64,000 bases of DNA from contig OZ059898.1 of NCBI GenBank assembly GCA_964057225.1, forward strand, positions 15,066,001 through 15,130,000, read 5' to 3'. Below, in pieces: positions 31,401 to 45,198 of this stretch; the stretch's first letter is position 1; every line of letters begins with the position of its first letter. The notes below the pieces were generated by a model, which was not told where the DNA came from, did not search any database, and saw nothing but the letters and a program-made list of their open reading frames with translations. Made by a program: the position numbers and the translations under genes. The DNA is from Auanema rhodensis. Lineage: Eukaryota; Animalia; Nematoda.

Positions 31401-34400
31401 TGACGGTCATTCTAGATAAATACAAAAAATACAAAAACATGAAAGTACATACCCTCGTCATTTCTTAGTTTTCCAGGAGGACTTGGCATTGCCGATGGAG
31501 GAGCAGAACTGCATTTTCGCACTTCATCATTATACGGCCAGTAGGTATTAATGGGTTCATCAAACAACACCCAACGAGAAGGTGGAGTGTGAGCTGTTCG
31601 TTCAAGCAGAATATTTTCTGAATAAGTTAAATGATTAAAACAATATGAAAAACCGCTAAAACCTTGTCCGAATCGTTTAAATGGAAAGCTCTCCATCTCA
31701 TTGATAATCTTCATATGCTCATCATCATCGTCCGAACTGCTATAAAATGGAAATCAGGGAAGAAAATGAAAATTAGTAAACCATGGATAATCATCAAAGC
31801 CGCTCACAGCACGGTCTTGATCGTCATTAACTTCTTCTTCAGCAATTTCGAGACGATCATCAGCATCACTATCACCTTCTTCTTCTAAAAAAATAGTTAA
31901 TTAAAGTGGGCAGGAGATGACAAATATTTACCGTTCTGAGCCCGTCTTCGATGAGTTTTTGAGCTCAAATGTTTCGTCAAGTTTCCCTTTGTTTTGAAAC
32001 AGAAATTGCACTGCTTGCATTTGTATGGTCGAATATCAGTGTGTGACTTCAGATGCTTTTTCAGCATGCTAGGTTTCTTACAGCGTATTCCGCAACGATC
32101 GCATACGTATCGTCCTCGTCCCCTTCCACGGACATAGATATAAGCCTAGAGAAGCAACAAATAAATAAAATAAAGTTAATGAGCAATATACCTCATCAGT
32201 ACGATGACCACCAATTAAAGGATCAGTATTTCTAAGCGTAGTGTGAGGACTAGGCTTGAAAACAAACTCTTCTTCTTGTTTAGGTTCAATCTTCTCAATA
32301 AAACTGTCACATTCCAACTTTGTCTCTACTTCAACAATGGGCTCTGGCTGCTCTTGTTTTTCAATAAGCTGAAATTTAAAAATATAGTTTTTGGCAGAAT
32401 ATACTGAACTGCTAACCTCAAATGGAGGAAGTGACACCTCTTCGCCTTTCATATATGAAACTTCAGAATCAAAAGTTGAAGATCCTAATTTTAACTAAAC
32501 CAAGAATTAATTAGAAGCTGTGAAGAAAATTAAACATACGCATCGTTGTTTCTGCCCTGCTTCCCAAAATGATGAATGAGTGACTTTGAAGTTACCTATT
32601 GCATCTCGATTAGCTGTGGTATAACGCCAGAACGAATGTTCTCCTGTGCGTGGCTTCGGGCTACACATACCCATGAACAAAAGATTCAACTTAGAATCAG
32701 CTTCATTGACAGAGACCTTAACCTGACGTGAACATGTGAAAATAGAAATAATAAAGATACTAACTTGATGCCAATTACTATACATACTGAGATTTCCTTT
32801 TTGTTCAACAAACATAGGTTGAGCTCTATGCATGCAGACATAAGTCTCACTTGTGATACTTCTACCTCTATTACGAGGACTAAAAAAAGAACAATTAAGA
32901 TTTAAAATGGAAGAAATATCAAAAAAAGAAAAAAAAAGAAAATTAAAACCTACTTTCTCAAAACATCGGCACTATTCGCCTTATTAGAATCGTTTAAAAC
33001 TAATGTATATGGCCTATCGAGACGACCTGTTAGACCAACACCGTTTAAAGCGTAATTATTGCTCTAAATCGTAAAACATTAATATAGAAGTTTTGTATTT
33101 TGCTTACGTCAGGTGAAGGATCTGCAGGAGGCTCAGGTTTAATGAGCTGCGCGGAAGGAGGGGAAAAAACAGTCATAGAGGTTGAAGGTTGCTGAGCAGA
33201 AATTTGAGCTTGAGCGGATTGTGCCCGTAAGGGGACCTGTAACTATTAATGAAGATAGCGAAACACTCTAGTAACTAACCTGAGTAAAAGCAGTTGGAGT
33301 CAATGAAGGAACACCGGGAAGAAATTGCATGCCAGAAATAGCCGAAACGGTTGGAAGCACCGTTGAACTGGAGGGAAGAACAGTCAGAGCAGCAGTTGTC
33401 CTAGGTTGCACGAAATCAGAAAATTTGATGAATAACGGCTATTACCTCCGAGCTAGACCTGAAGCCACTGAGCCGTCACTGATACTATCCTTCTTGTCCG
33501 GCATTCGACTGTCTAGGACGATCACATCGCCAGAGTCCTGCAGTATCAACCAAATTTTCTGACTTTACCGGTGCTATCAAACCTTTCTAGACAACTTTTT
33601 GTGCTTTTCCAGATCTTCCTGCTCGACAGTAAGAATCCGTCTTTTGAGACTGGTAGACTGCCTTAAGACATCGATGTCCAGTTGATTGACAACCGGAGGA
33701 GTCTGGATGGGAACGGAGGAATTGGAAGAGATAGGGAGAGCAGAAGCAGCAACAGCAGCAACAGCAGCGGCAGCTTCGGCTCGACTCTATATAACAACAA
33801 ATATAAAAAATCGTAACTAATACTAGTGAACCTTCTCAAGCTCAAGACGTTTGCTGCAGCGTAACTCATGAACTTGAAGACCAGCCTCGTTTGGAAACCT
33901 AAATTGAAGAAAAAATTGAAGATTTACAAATTCCTCTATTTCTCTTTCTTACTCGACATGACAATATGTGCAAATAGGAGTGAGATGTTGTTGCATTTGC
34001 CGAACTATTGGTTGACCAGAAGTCAAACTTCCACCACACAAACCACGAACGCCCTAAATATTTTGATTATAAATAAGATACTAACAAAAAAAAAACAAAA
34101 TTACATTTAATGGCTCATACAATGATTGAGTTCTTCCAGTGGCTTGAAGCGTCCGAACATCCCTAATTCCAGGTGATGTACGAGTAGAACCTGCAAAAGT
34201 GAAATAAAATTTGAACATTGAAACGATATTCGGGAATAATTTTTGAATCACAACCGCATTCACACAAATTTTATACAAAAATAAAAACTATGATAAACAG
34301 TTTGAAAATATGCTAACGAGTCCACGTCAAATAGCGTGGGAAAGAGAACTTGACATTTGAAATTAAAACTTACTACTATTACTATCGTGATCAATGGATG

Positions 34401-35449
34401 ATTGCTGCCCAACTTGGCGATGATATGGTCTACGTTTCAAAATAGGCTGAAACAAGTACAAAATAAAGTATTAAAAGTTAAAAAACTCACTTCCTGAGTT
34501 TGAACAATAGCTTCATTTTCACTGATTATCCTATTAATCCTGTCATGCACTTCCTTCGGATTCAAATTACTCGGATTGCGAGAAAACATTCTTTCCTGAG
34601 ATGTGGATGCATGTTGGAAAAGTTGTAAAGCCTACAAATAAAGATGTTCTAATTCGACTTTAGACAATGTTCGTACCTGATTTTGCTGCGCTTGATCCCT
34701 ACGAACCATATCAAGAACATTGCCCTGGTGCTGAGCTGCTGCCGCAACGGCAACAGCTTGAGGCTGTTGCAAACTAAGCTGTTTCTGTTGAAGCAGTTGA
34801 TGCTGCTCCAACACGGAATTCATCAGCTTTTCCTGTGCTTGAAGGAGAGATTGTACACTGCCACCCGATGAAGCTACAAAGCAAAATATTAAAATTGAAT
34901 CAGCAGTGATTACTCAACAGTATAAAATACGTGTAAAGGTAGTTGAATCAGAGAATTTTCAAAAAAGGAATTATGAATCTTACTCGCCCCCCCCCCTCCT
35001 TCATCTCAAGAAATCTACTTCAAACCGTTTTGCCTGTCTTATATCTTGTCAAGGGAATAAAACATATGTCAAAAGAGAAAACGTCAAAACAGAAAGATTG
35101 AAATATAAGACGAGCGTGATATAGAACTTGCACAAAACTCCCAATATACTAATACTTTTTGTCTTTCTCTTTTTGAAAATAAAAAAATAGTCATATTACT
35201 AAAATCAAAACAATTATGATTCAATATAGAATGAAAAAAATGAAAAACAAAAAAAATAAAGATCAAAACACATACCTTGTTGGGGTGGTTGAAATGCACT
35301 ATTGGTTTGAGAGATCTGCAACGATTGCTGATTGTTAACACTTTGAGCAGCTTGTTGCTATAATATAATCATCCATCTTGTTGAATATGAATTTGGCAAG
35401 TACCTGTAAGTGTTGAAGCAGAGCTTGCTGCTGCTGTTGTTGCTGCTGC

Positions 35450-35483
<34 letters not shown>

Positions 35484-38472
35484 GCTGCTGTTGCTGTTGA
35501 AGAATCTGTTGGTAATAGAGCAAGGGATTATTCAACAGACTATTCGTTGGCTGGGTCATCTGATTCTGAAAATAGACATATTTCCGACAAACAATTTTCA
35601 TGAGCTCCCAATACTTGGACTGTGAGAACCAAAAAAAAAGTAAAACACAACGATAATATCTACCTGGGGAGTAATAAGATGCTGAATAGCTAATTGATTC
35701 TGTAGAAGGGATAAAAATTGAGTCGACTGATTCATATTTCCCATAGGAGGTGTGGCTAATTGTTGTGGTGCAGCATTATTGGGAGTTAATGTAGCTGGAT
35801 TGAGGGAAGCATTTGTACCACCGATTACTCCAGAATTGCCTGAAATTTGAATGATAACATGAAACACAAGAGAAAAAAGAAGTGATAAAACAAGAGCAAT
35901 GAACTTACCACCTAAAAAAGCCGAAGTAAGAAACTGAGAGACCAGATTCGGTTGTGCTGCAGTTTGATGCTGCAACAGAAGGGCTTCCTGAAACATGAAA
36001 ATAAATACACGATAATTGACAAACAATCGAAGAAAGTTCTCAATCAAGACCAAAAAATCATTTTCATTTACTATTCTGTAAACGAATTTGAATATTTCAA
36101 ATTCAAATTTCATTGATTAATATAAAAGTAAAAAGTTTTCATATCACATATCACATATCAACCAACAGCACCTCAAGTTGATACTGTAGAGGAACTTTGA
36201 TTTTCATTTTGTTTGAAAAACAACCACCCTCAATCATGACGTCTGATTTCAAGCACCGCCATCGAAGCTATATAAAGCAGCTTCTAATAGCTGTTCTAGT
36301 ACGAGTGTTGCTTTGCTACTGAAAAAATGAAGAAGAGCATTGCAATCTACTTCCTACTGATTCTTCCCCCTAATTTTCTTTTTAGCATCTGCATAAGATA
36401 CAACCGGAACTGTTGCCAAACACATAGATCAGTTACATGGATATATGAAGTTGGCAGAAAAAGCATGTCGAATGCATAAAAAGTACATATCATACATTAA
36501 AATGTCATTAAGCATGCATCAATGATTTCATTCCATCAGTTTCAAGGTTCAAATACTAGATTTTCGAGCTTAACAGTTGTTGTTAACGTGTCTTGAGTCC
36601 CTGACGATCACGTCGTTTTCCCGACTTCATCTCAATTTTGCCCTCCCTCTTCCTTTTCGTCGTTTTAGCATTTAATCCACACAGACACACATGCACGTAC
36701 ATGTTCTATATTCTTTTTCGTTTCCCTTCCCCTCCCTATCCTCTCTAGAACTGGCAATGCCGCCCCCGATACTCTTTGGTCGCGAGACTGGGAAGGAAAG
36801 CCGTTTTAGGAGGAAAAAGTCTCTTCTCTCTTCCCCTCTTTTCACTCATTTCCACTATATGTCTGCATGCTTTCTCTGCCTTTCTCGCTATCTTTCCTTT
36901 CTATTCTGCCATGTTCTAGAAGCAGAAGCATTGACACACAGCTACTACTCTAGTTCAGCGCAAGCCACGCCACAGACCCGTCGATAGAAACAAGGCTCAG
37001 AAATCGCATGCTCGACGACCACTGGCCTTCTGAGACATTCATGCAGTGCTCGACGAAGCACTGGCTACACCTCAATGTCTTCCAAATTCTTTCTCAATTA
37101 TCAATTCTCTATGATAGAGCAAAGGAGAAAGGGGGATGCATATATAAAGAGAAATAGAGGGAGGAAGAAACATAAATGGAGCCAAGACCAACACAAAATG
37201 GCTTCTATATTCGATGAAGCTTTTCATAACCGAATTAATAAGAGAGAGTGAAGCAAAGAATTTAATTCTGGCGATCATGCGCCAAGATAGATGAGGAAGT
37301 GAAGCTCAGTTCGAAAGTTGCACCTTTCCAAAAACTAAAACGTGTCATCAACATATTGAAACGGGAACGATTTTTAGTTACTCTCAGTAGTTCTCATAAC
37401 CATTGAACGAATTTGCCAGCTGTCGTCGTCGTTGTCAACGACCGTTGCACACAAATGCAGTTAGCAAGACTTGTGAGAATATCCAGGAGAAGGTAAACTG
37501 CTTCTGAAGTACCTTCTTCCGTTTCAGTTTAATACCCCCAAATATGATAACGACGAGCAGCTAAGATTTTACAAAAGTGAATTATAGAAAAACAGATTTC
37601 TCGTACTCCCTCTCTATCGCCTCAACATTCTTCTCGCTATCACTAGCTTATACAGCTTGATGCTAGTCAAAACAGCCAGAACACCAGTAAATTCGAAAAT
37701 GATGCTTTCTATTTTGACGCAGTAGGCGAAGAGATGACGCTGGCTGACAACCACAGCACCAGGCGACGAACTGGCCACTCATACACAAGCAACATCCCAT
37801 TCATCAGGCATTAGATCTAACACCAGCCATCACTTTCATTCAATTATAGGAAGAAGCTGTACAAATCTAATATGTGTGCACTTGAACCATGTCGTCATTT
37901 CTGCCAGCACAGATACATACACACAGATACACACACATTGCCGGTTCAAGAATAGAGGACTCGCTTCTTTGTGTGCTACTCTACGGTGATGAGTAAATAA
38001 TGCTTCTAATTCATCTTTCCCCTGGCATTTGATCAACTACGATTAAAGGAAAAGCTAACCTTTTCCACTATAATTGTATCAAACAAATTTTCTCAGAAGA
38101 AATTAATCTGAGGGAACATAAAAAAGAAGAAATGGCATATTTCCTGACAAGCGATTGAGATTTAATGAAGAATAGACTCATAGCAGAGAGAGTATACCAC
38201 GAAATTAGGATTTGGATAAAAACTATGTTTTCACATCACATTCAAAACCAAAATTTAAATAAAATGTTATTGAAGGCAATGAACAGATGATCAAGAAGGA
38301 TAGACCCGACACGAATGTAATGAAGATGGTCAAAAAGTGAAAAAAAAATGAAAAAGAAACTTACCAAAAGCTGTTGCTGATTATTGGGCATTGTGTTCAG
38401 ATTAGGAAGCTGTTGCGGTGGTTGTGAGCCTTGTGGAGGCAGCCCACCTCCGCCTCCAGACACAAATGCCAT
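28453..38472 (-). CDS. sma-9: Schnurri/HIVEP-family zinc-finger Smad cofactor, SMA-9 ortholog; many exons
   Basis: Q-rich N-terminus from [14 protein letters not shown]. Diagnostic Schnurri pair LIGGHRTDE|[65 protein letters not shown] followed by an acidic region. Triplet [21 protein letters not shown] / [22 protein letters not shown] / [23 protein letters not shown]. Two further C2H2 pairs; last exon VVI* with TAA at 28455-28453. Confidence 0.92.
35425..35499 (-). repeat. Coding CAA/CAG repeat, 25 glutamines in SMA-9
   Basis: 75 nt of CAR codons inside the exon [22 protein letters not shown](Q)25ALLQHLQ. Confidence 0.93.
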
Positions 38473-41400
38473 CTCAAGGAGAAGGCTGAGGCTATTTACC
38501 TGGAAAATTCAACTTATCACCAATATCACCATAAATAGCAGACAAAAAAGTCAAAGATAAGACTCGGTAAGATTGAAAAAATGAAAATTTTGAGAGAAAA
38601 AATTGAAGAAAATGAAAAAGAGGACGAATGGACGTAGTCTGTCGTAAGAATAGGTGATAGAAGAAGCAGGAGAACAAGAAAACGACGATGACGACGACAA
38701 TGAAGAAGCTTGTAGAATATGTGAACAGAGAACAGGACAAGCAATCTCGATATGAGAGAAAAGGAGTAAGAGAAGCACAGTTGGAGAAGAAGGGAGAGAA
38801 AAGAAAGAGACAAAAAATAGAAAAAACTCAACAATGTAATGTAAAATTGCTAAATAAGGAAGAGGCGAATTAATAAGTAAAAGTAGAAAAAATTGAGAAA
38901 AAATGGTATTTTCTATACATCAAGAAGTTGTTGTTCTATAAAAAATCAATGTGAATAACATGTGCAGAAGCCATAACAGAAATGGCACAGACTATGAACA
39001 CCACTTCTGTGTATTTTTGTCAGAATGCGCCCATCAATTGAACATTACGTCACTTTGTATGATAAGAAGATGAGAATATCGACAGTATTACATAGCGATG
39101 CACAAAAAAACTTTCTAAGGGTCATTCACTATTAGAAGGGACAAGCTATAAACAATACGAAAAATCGGGAGAATTAGAGAAAGCGATTGGCAGAATATGA
39201 AGAAAGCGAGAGAAAGGGGCATATGTAAAAACCAGCATAATTGATGACCATATATATATATATATATATAAGCATTTATATTTATTTGTATTTAGAAATA
39301 TATATAGAGAGATAGATATATAGATAGATGAATGAGTCTGCTGGCAGCTTCCGCGAGAAAAAATGATTCTATATCGCTGTTTTGTGTTTTGAAACCGTGA
39401 ATGAGCAAAGAGCTATTTATGGATTTAGAAATTCCGTGCAAAGACTTGACGTCAAAAATGGTGAATGAAATGTGCTTTGATGACTCGGAAATGACATAAA
39501 CGTGAATGAAGCCTAAAGTCAATGCAATTGGACTCAGTTAAAGTAAAAACGGATGATAAACCGGCGGCCACGACAACGACAAACCAAAAGGATTCTGTTG
39601 ATTAGCCCCGCCTAGGAATATTCAACTCAATGTGGGTAACGTCTCACATATCATGTGAAGTAGAGTGATGACATTTAAGCATAGATATAAGGAAAAGTGA
39701 TACAAGCAAGGAATAATGAACGGGAGAGATTCACACAGCAAGCGGCAGTAAAACAAGTCTGCCCAGAGAGAGTTCCCTGATCAGACATGCAGACACATAA
39801 CAGGAGACAGTTCACGGTGGAAAGAGGCACTAGTGGTGCTAGCAAAATTAGAGACACAAAACTGCTTTAGAGGGTGCAGACAGGAACGTAGAACGATGAT
39901 ACAGTGTGTGTGTTGTTGAGAGATCAGACATGCCTGCTGGGGCAGAGAAAAAAACGCGAGCAATCATGTGGACAGAGTACAGAGAAGCAGACGTCGTACG
40001 ACCCGCAGAATGTCTGTACTCTGGGCTGCCCCGTATCGATTGTGACGTCAGCGCCGGGGCCGCTAGTCTCTGTTCCCACGAAACCTCCCAGCCACCCGCG
40101 CAGCGTGCGAAACAGGAGCACCACGATGACGGAACAGCTCCACTTAGCTCTCTGAAGTCGCGGATGTTATTTCGAACGAATGTGGTCTCTATCGTCATCA
40201 TCATCATTATCGTCGGCCGCGCGACAGTGACTGACGTTCTTTTCACCTGGCCCCGTCTTTGCTCTTCGCTCTTAATTTCTCCGCTCTCTTTCTGTGTATC
40301 TGTGTCTTAGTGTGGAAACAGTTTTTTGAAACACTCACGAGAACAAGACCGTTGAGCAGATAGACAGATTGAGAGAGTGCTTGTGTTGGTTTGACATCTT
40401 GAGCTCACGAAAATACGATGATCATAGCTTAGAATAGTTCTTTCGATCTTAAGAAGTAATCATGCTCTCCATGGGCTCATTCAGTCAGCTGGCTGTTTTA
40501 TGTAAAAGCTCTGTGCTCTCTGGTTCATCTTCTAGCAGTTTGTCCTCTTGTCAATCCGGCTGTGCCTGGGGACTAACTTCTGAAGCCAGACCAGACATCG
40601 ACTTAAGTGGGAGATTGTAATGGTATGCATGAAGGAAGGGCAAATTTGAAGGTTCTTCAGCTGCACGTTTGGTCAAACGAAATATAGTAGAAGGTATCAA
40701 AGATATCTGCAGCTAAACAGCAGCATGATTCTATATTCCGTCTCGTTTTTTTGACAGAACTGTCTGTCTACAAAGATCGGAATTAGGATAAAATCGTCAA
40801 AGCTGTTGTAGCTGAACCTAGTGTCTTTCTTCGTGGTGGGACTTGTGTGATCGCACTGAAAGTGGAGACATTGTCATCACGGGACTGTGCGTACGTAAGA
40901 CGTCATCGTCGTCGTCGTAACCATTATCGACATTGATGACAACCAGGAAGATGGAAATCTGACAACGGCTGGACTTGGTATGCCACGCATGTATCCACTT
41001 CCAAATCAAGAGATGGTGCGAATGAGATAGAAATGAGTGTACATACTAGAAGATGACAATGATTTTAAAAGAGAATAAAATAAACGTAGGAGTATCTAGA
41101 AAGAAGAAGAAAAGTTGGAATTGAAGAACGTGAAAGAGAGATAGCGGAGGGAAATACAGATAACTGTCTTAAAATTATTCCAATAATCGGGCAAGCCCCG
41201 TATAGCCAGTAGCAAACAGCGTTACAACGCAAAGATGGGGGGAGGGTATCATTCCGTTTCTGATGTCTGAAATAGAAGAGACGCAGATCAATTGACTGCT
41301 ATAAGAGAGTGTATAGAGACACAGGGGTGCTGACAAGAATTGCTAGAATACGGAAGATAAAGAGAGTCCAGACACACTATCAGAGAATGCAACTAGTAGA

Positions 41401-41625
41401 GAGGGCCGAGGGGAGCTAAGGAAGGAATGGCGAATAGGCAATGTTAGGTCCGGTCGGCGGCCGGCCTAGTGGGTGTCAGAAGAAATGAGAGACTATGGGA
41501 ATATTTAGACACACATACACATACACACAGCAATAGCAGGGACCGACTAGCGGAATAGTGATGCGTTATATGATGAGCGAAGGAGAAAGAGGAATTTGAA
41601 AAGGAAGAAGGGAGATATGCTTCAG

Positions 41626-43700
41626 GAGAGAGAGAGAGAGAAGGATGTGGGGGGGGATAGAAGAACAGAAGAACATGAAGAGTCTAAATGCATCAATGAA
41701 GACAGCATTATGTCTGCTGGAAGGCGGGTAGGCGCATCTGCGGCGGAACGGTATCCGATCGCTTGGTTGCGCATTGTGAATCGAGGAGTCGCTATGGTTG
41801 CATGCAAAACTTCGATTCATGGAGCAGATATTGGAAGGATCATACTAGATAGAGAGGAAGAAAAGAAGAGATAGGCAGAATAGGGGATGAAAAGACGTAA
41901 ATAGAACAAGGATTCGTAGGTATATGAAGAGAGACTTATAAAGAGAGAGAGAGAGATAGAGAGAGAGCGAGTGAGAGGGAGAGAGAGAGAGAGATGTAAG
42001 TCTTTTAGCAAGAGACACAAACACCAATCAACGAGCGTTGTACTCCAGTCCGATGATGATCATAAGTCTCATCATCAAACCCCCTCTATTTCTCTTTTTC
42101 TCTCCTTCTTTTCAAATGTTCCATGATTTTTCCAATAGAACCGAATGACGTCATGTGGAACGCGAAGAAAGAGAGGAAAAATCAGTCAAAATGAGAAGAA
42201 CTATTTATAACATGTTGAAAATTTTTTCTAATTAAGCTAAAATACTATTATAACTCTAAAAATTAAAAATTTGGGCCAAAAAAAAACGTGTTTGTTGTAC
42301 AGGACAATAGGAAAAACATTCATAATTATCAATATAATCTTCAGAAAACATGATGTAAAAATTAAAATGGACGCAGACATTGGGTAAAACACGAGGACAA
42401 CGAAGCGACGACAGTGTTGCTGACAATGATGATGACAGCAACGACGACGACGACGACAACCGATGATGATGATGATGATGATGATGCTAGCGTTGACGAC
42501 TACTATAACAACTATAGTTGTCGTCCTTGTTATAGAGAGTTATAGCTACGTATGAGACAACGTAAGATACGAGTATCATTAGCTTTACTATTGGTTTGAG
42601 ACAAATTAACTACATATTATTCGTATAAATGCATTGAAGCACAAACACAACTACATAATCTAATCATAGACTAGTTATTAAAATTTTTCATTGAGCCATC
42701 AAAAGCCATCTCTTTTCTCTTTTCTCTTGTTCTACCTCTCTTCTCTGTCTTTTCTATATTCATTTCTGTTTCTATATCTCTATATCTCTATTTCTCTATT
42801 CCCCCCTCTCTCTCTCTCTCTCTCTCACTCCCTCCCTCTCTTCCTCCCTCACTCAACTCCCACACCATTTCTTTATTATTTTTTTTTGCAAAACGACGAA
42901 GACACAATATTCTGATGAAACGTATTGAAAAGATGAGAGCGAAAAAGGAATACTATCACGGTTGTAGGATATGAAGAGTGATCAAGAGGCCAGACAAGTC
43001 GAAATACGAAAAAAAACAACAAGAAAGCAAGCTAGATGGTCGTCATCGTACGGACTGAACGAATGCCGTGTTGCTTGCAGTCTGAACGGTAGGGTCGTAC
43101 CAAATATAGAATAACAAGTGGCTCAATCATCAGAGAGATAGTGAGTGTGAATAAGATTGTCATTCTTTCCTATAAAATCATTATTTATCCTATTCATATA
43201 TCGTTGGGTGATCTATGCTCCATGAGGCTACACACACACACACACACATACACGGGCATATCAACTTATGAGATACACACCTCATATGCATAGATACACA
43301 GACATAGAGACACAGGTAACACATATCACCAACAACTTTTTTATTTCCCAAAGCACCACTATGGTCTCGTAGTCAGGTTTTGTTTGTTTGCCAGAATTAT
43401 ACTTCAGGTGGCTAGAGAAGTAAGAGAAGTAGAAGTACATATGTATACTGCATGTGCAGACTGACAAGCAAGGATGAAATAGGAGAGAAGAGGTGCAACA
43501 GGTTCAACCCGTTCAACTCATACTGAGTTATTCCGGGGCATCATTAGGAATTACAATGATTTCTAAAGCAATGTTCTTTGATTATTCTAGACTTTGTTTT
43601 TTTTTCTTTCTGAACCTAAAAATGAGATAGAGAACGAGAAGTTGCGAAAGAACAAAAAGTAAAATAGATAGAAATGAATGAGGTAGTATGAGAGAGAGGG

Positions 43701-43731
<31 letters not shown>

Positions 43732-45129
43732 GAAAGTGGGAAAATGAGACAAATAGGCTTATTACTTAAATAGAAGCTTCGCCACTACAGGAAGCAAAAA
43801 AAAGAAAAAAAAGGAAACATTCGTTTACTTTTCAGTTTCCCTTTTTGTTTTTTTAAAGACAATGAGTTGGAGTGCAAACACAAAAAAACTTGATTATGAT
43901 ATCATAATAGAATAAGAAATGTGTTAATTATGTATCATAAGGGAACATTTTTGTTACTTATTTCAGTAATATATGGTTTTATTCATATACATTTAGAAAC
44001 AGGCTGAGAGATAGTGTGAGAAAGAAAGGGGGAAAAGAGGTAGAGAGAGAGAGAGAGAGAGAGAGAGAGCTAACCAAAACTGAAAAGCGATAAGAGATTG
44101 TGAGAGTGTAAGAGAATAGGGAAAAGATAGAGAGAGGGAGAGAAAAGGGGGAAGCCGTATCTTTATGTTATACTGAAATCTAACGATCTCACTCTCTCAC
44201 TTATGAACAAAAGGGAAAGTGTTTGTCCGCGAAAAATTCAACTGATAAGTGACGCTGCTCATTGTCACTACGAGATGAGAAGGTAGGGGGGTAAGACGAG
44301 AATATTAGGTAGAGACAGAGAAATTGTAAGAGAAGGGGCAAAAAAAGAAAAAAGAGAAAGGGTCAGCTGGCCTCGGTCTCAACTAGACCCAAGTTGTCCC
44401 CCCTCTTGTTCCTCTCTCAGTTTCTCTCCTTCTTAGCTTCAGACTCTTGTGTCACGTGTGCAACAGCAGAAAATTGACATGCAAGCCATGTGAGGCATTG
44501 CCTCGGTCTCTCCCCATACAGATACTTCTAGTTGTCCCTTACTCCATCTTTCCTTTTCTTTTTTTCATTCGTCCTCTCGTTTGGCATTAGTTGCGAACCC
44601 AAAAAGAAGCGAAGGTCAACAAGTAGATCAATTTCAAAAAGCTGATACACATATGGAAAATATAGTTATTCTTCATATTCTCTGACTTTTCATGAAGCTA
44701 TTATGATGAACGAGATGCAGAAAGAAGAACTTAATGTGATTCTTTGAAGAATGACTCAAAAGCAAGTACATATGTTCAGTGTGTTGCTTGTCATTTTCAG
44801 AAATGATGCAAGATGAATAAAGGTGGTCTCGAGACCACAAGTAGCTTGTGGTTATGTGTCTCAAGATGATGGTAAAGGTGGTGGCCAATTGGAAAAAGAT
44901 TGGACAGATAGATAGCTTGAACAGCTGGTTCAAGACAACTCCAGCGATGTAGGGACTCTTTTCCCAATCTTGCTATGCCTATCATCGTCATACTATTTCA
45001 ATAGTTCTAACATTCTCGTACTCCCTATCTCTCTCAACATAAACCTCTCTTCTTTATGTCTCTTCCTCATTCCAAGTTTCATTCTGATGGTTGATGGAGA
45101 GAGAGAGGGATAGAGAGAGAGAGGGATAA

Positions 45130-45198
<69 letters not shown>

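Noticed and set aside
31742-31807. Apparent frame break in sma-9 if GTGAGC is taken as the donor
   Set aside because: A later canonical donor (TG|GTTTAC) gives a ~42-nt intron and keeps the frame.
39675-40310. Overlapping 60-134 aa ORFs on both strands
   Set aside because: A GC-richer island with few stop codons, no homology I recognise and no consistent splice structure; more likely regulatory.
41445-41470. GC hairpin TAGGTCCGG...CCGGCCTAGT as a Helitron end
   Set aside because: The CTAG is part of the stem itself and no other element features are nearby.
43679-43690. TGAGGTAGTATG, matching the 5' part of let-7-family miRNAs (miR-84-like)
   Set aside because: It runs straight into a (GA)n tract and has no complementary arm nearby, so it cannot form a precursor hairpin.
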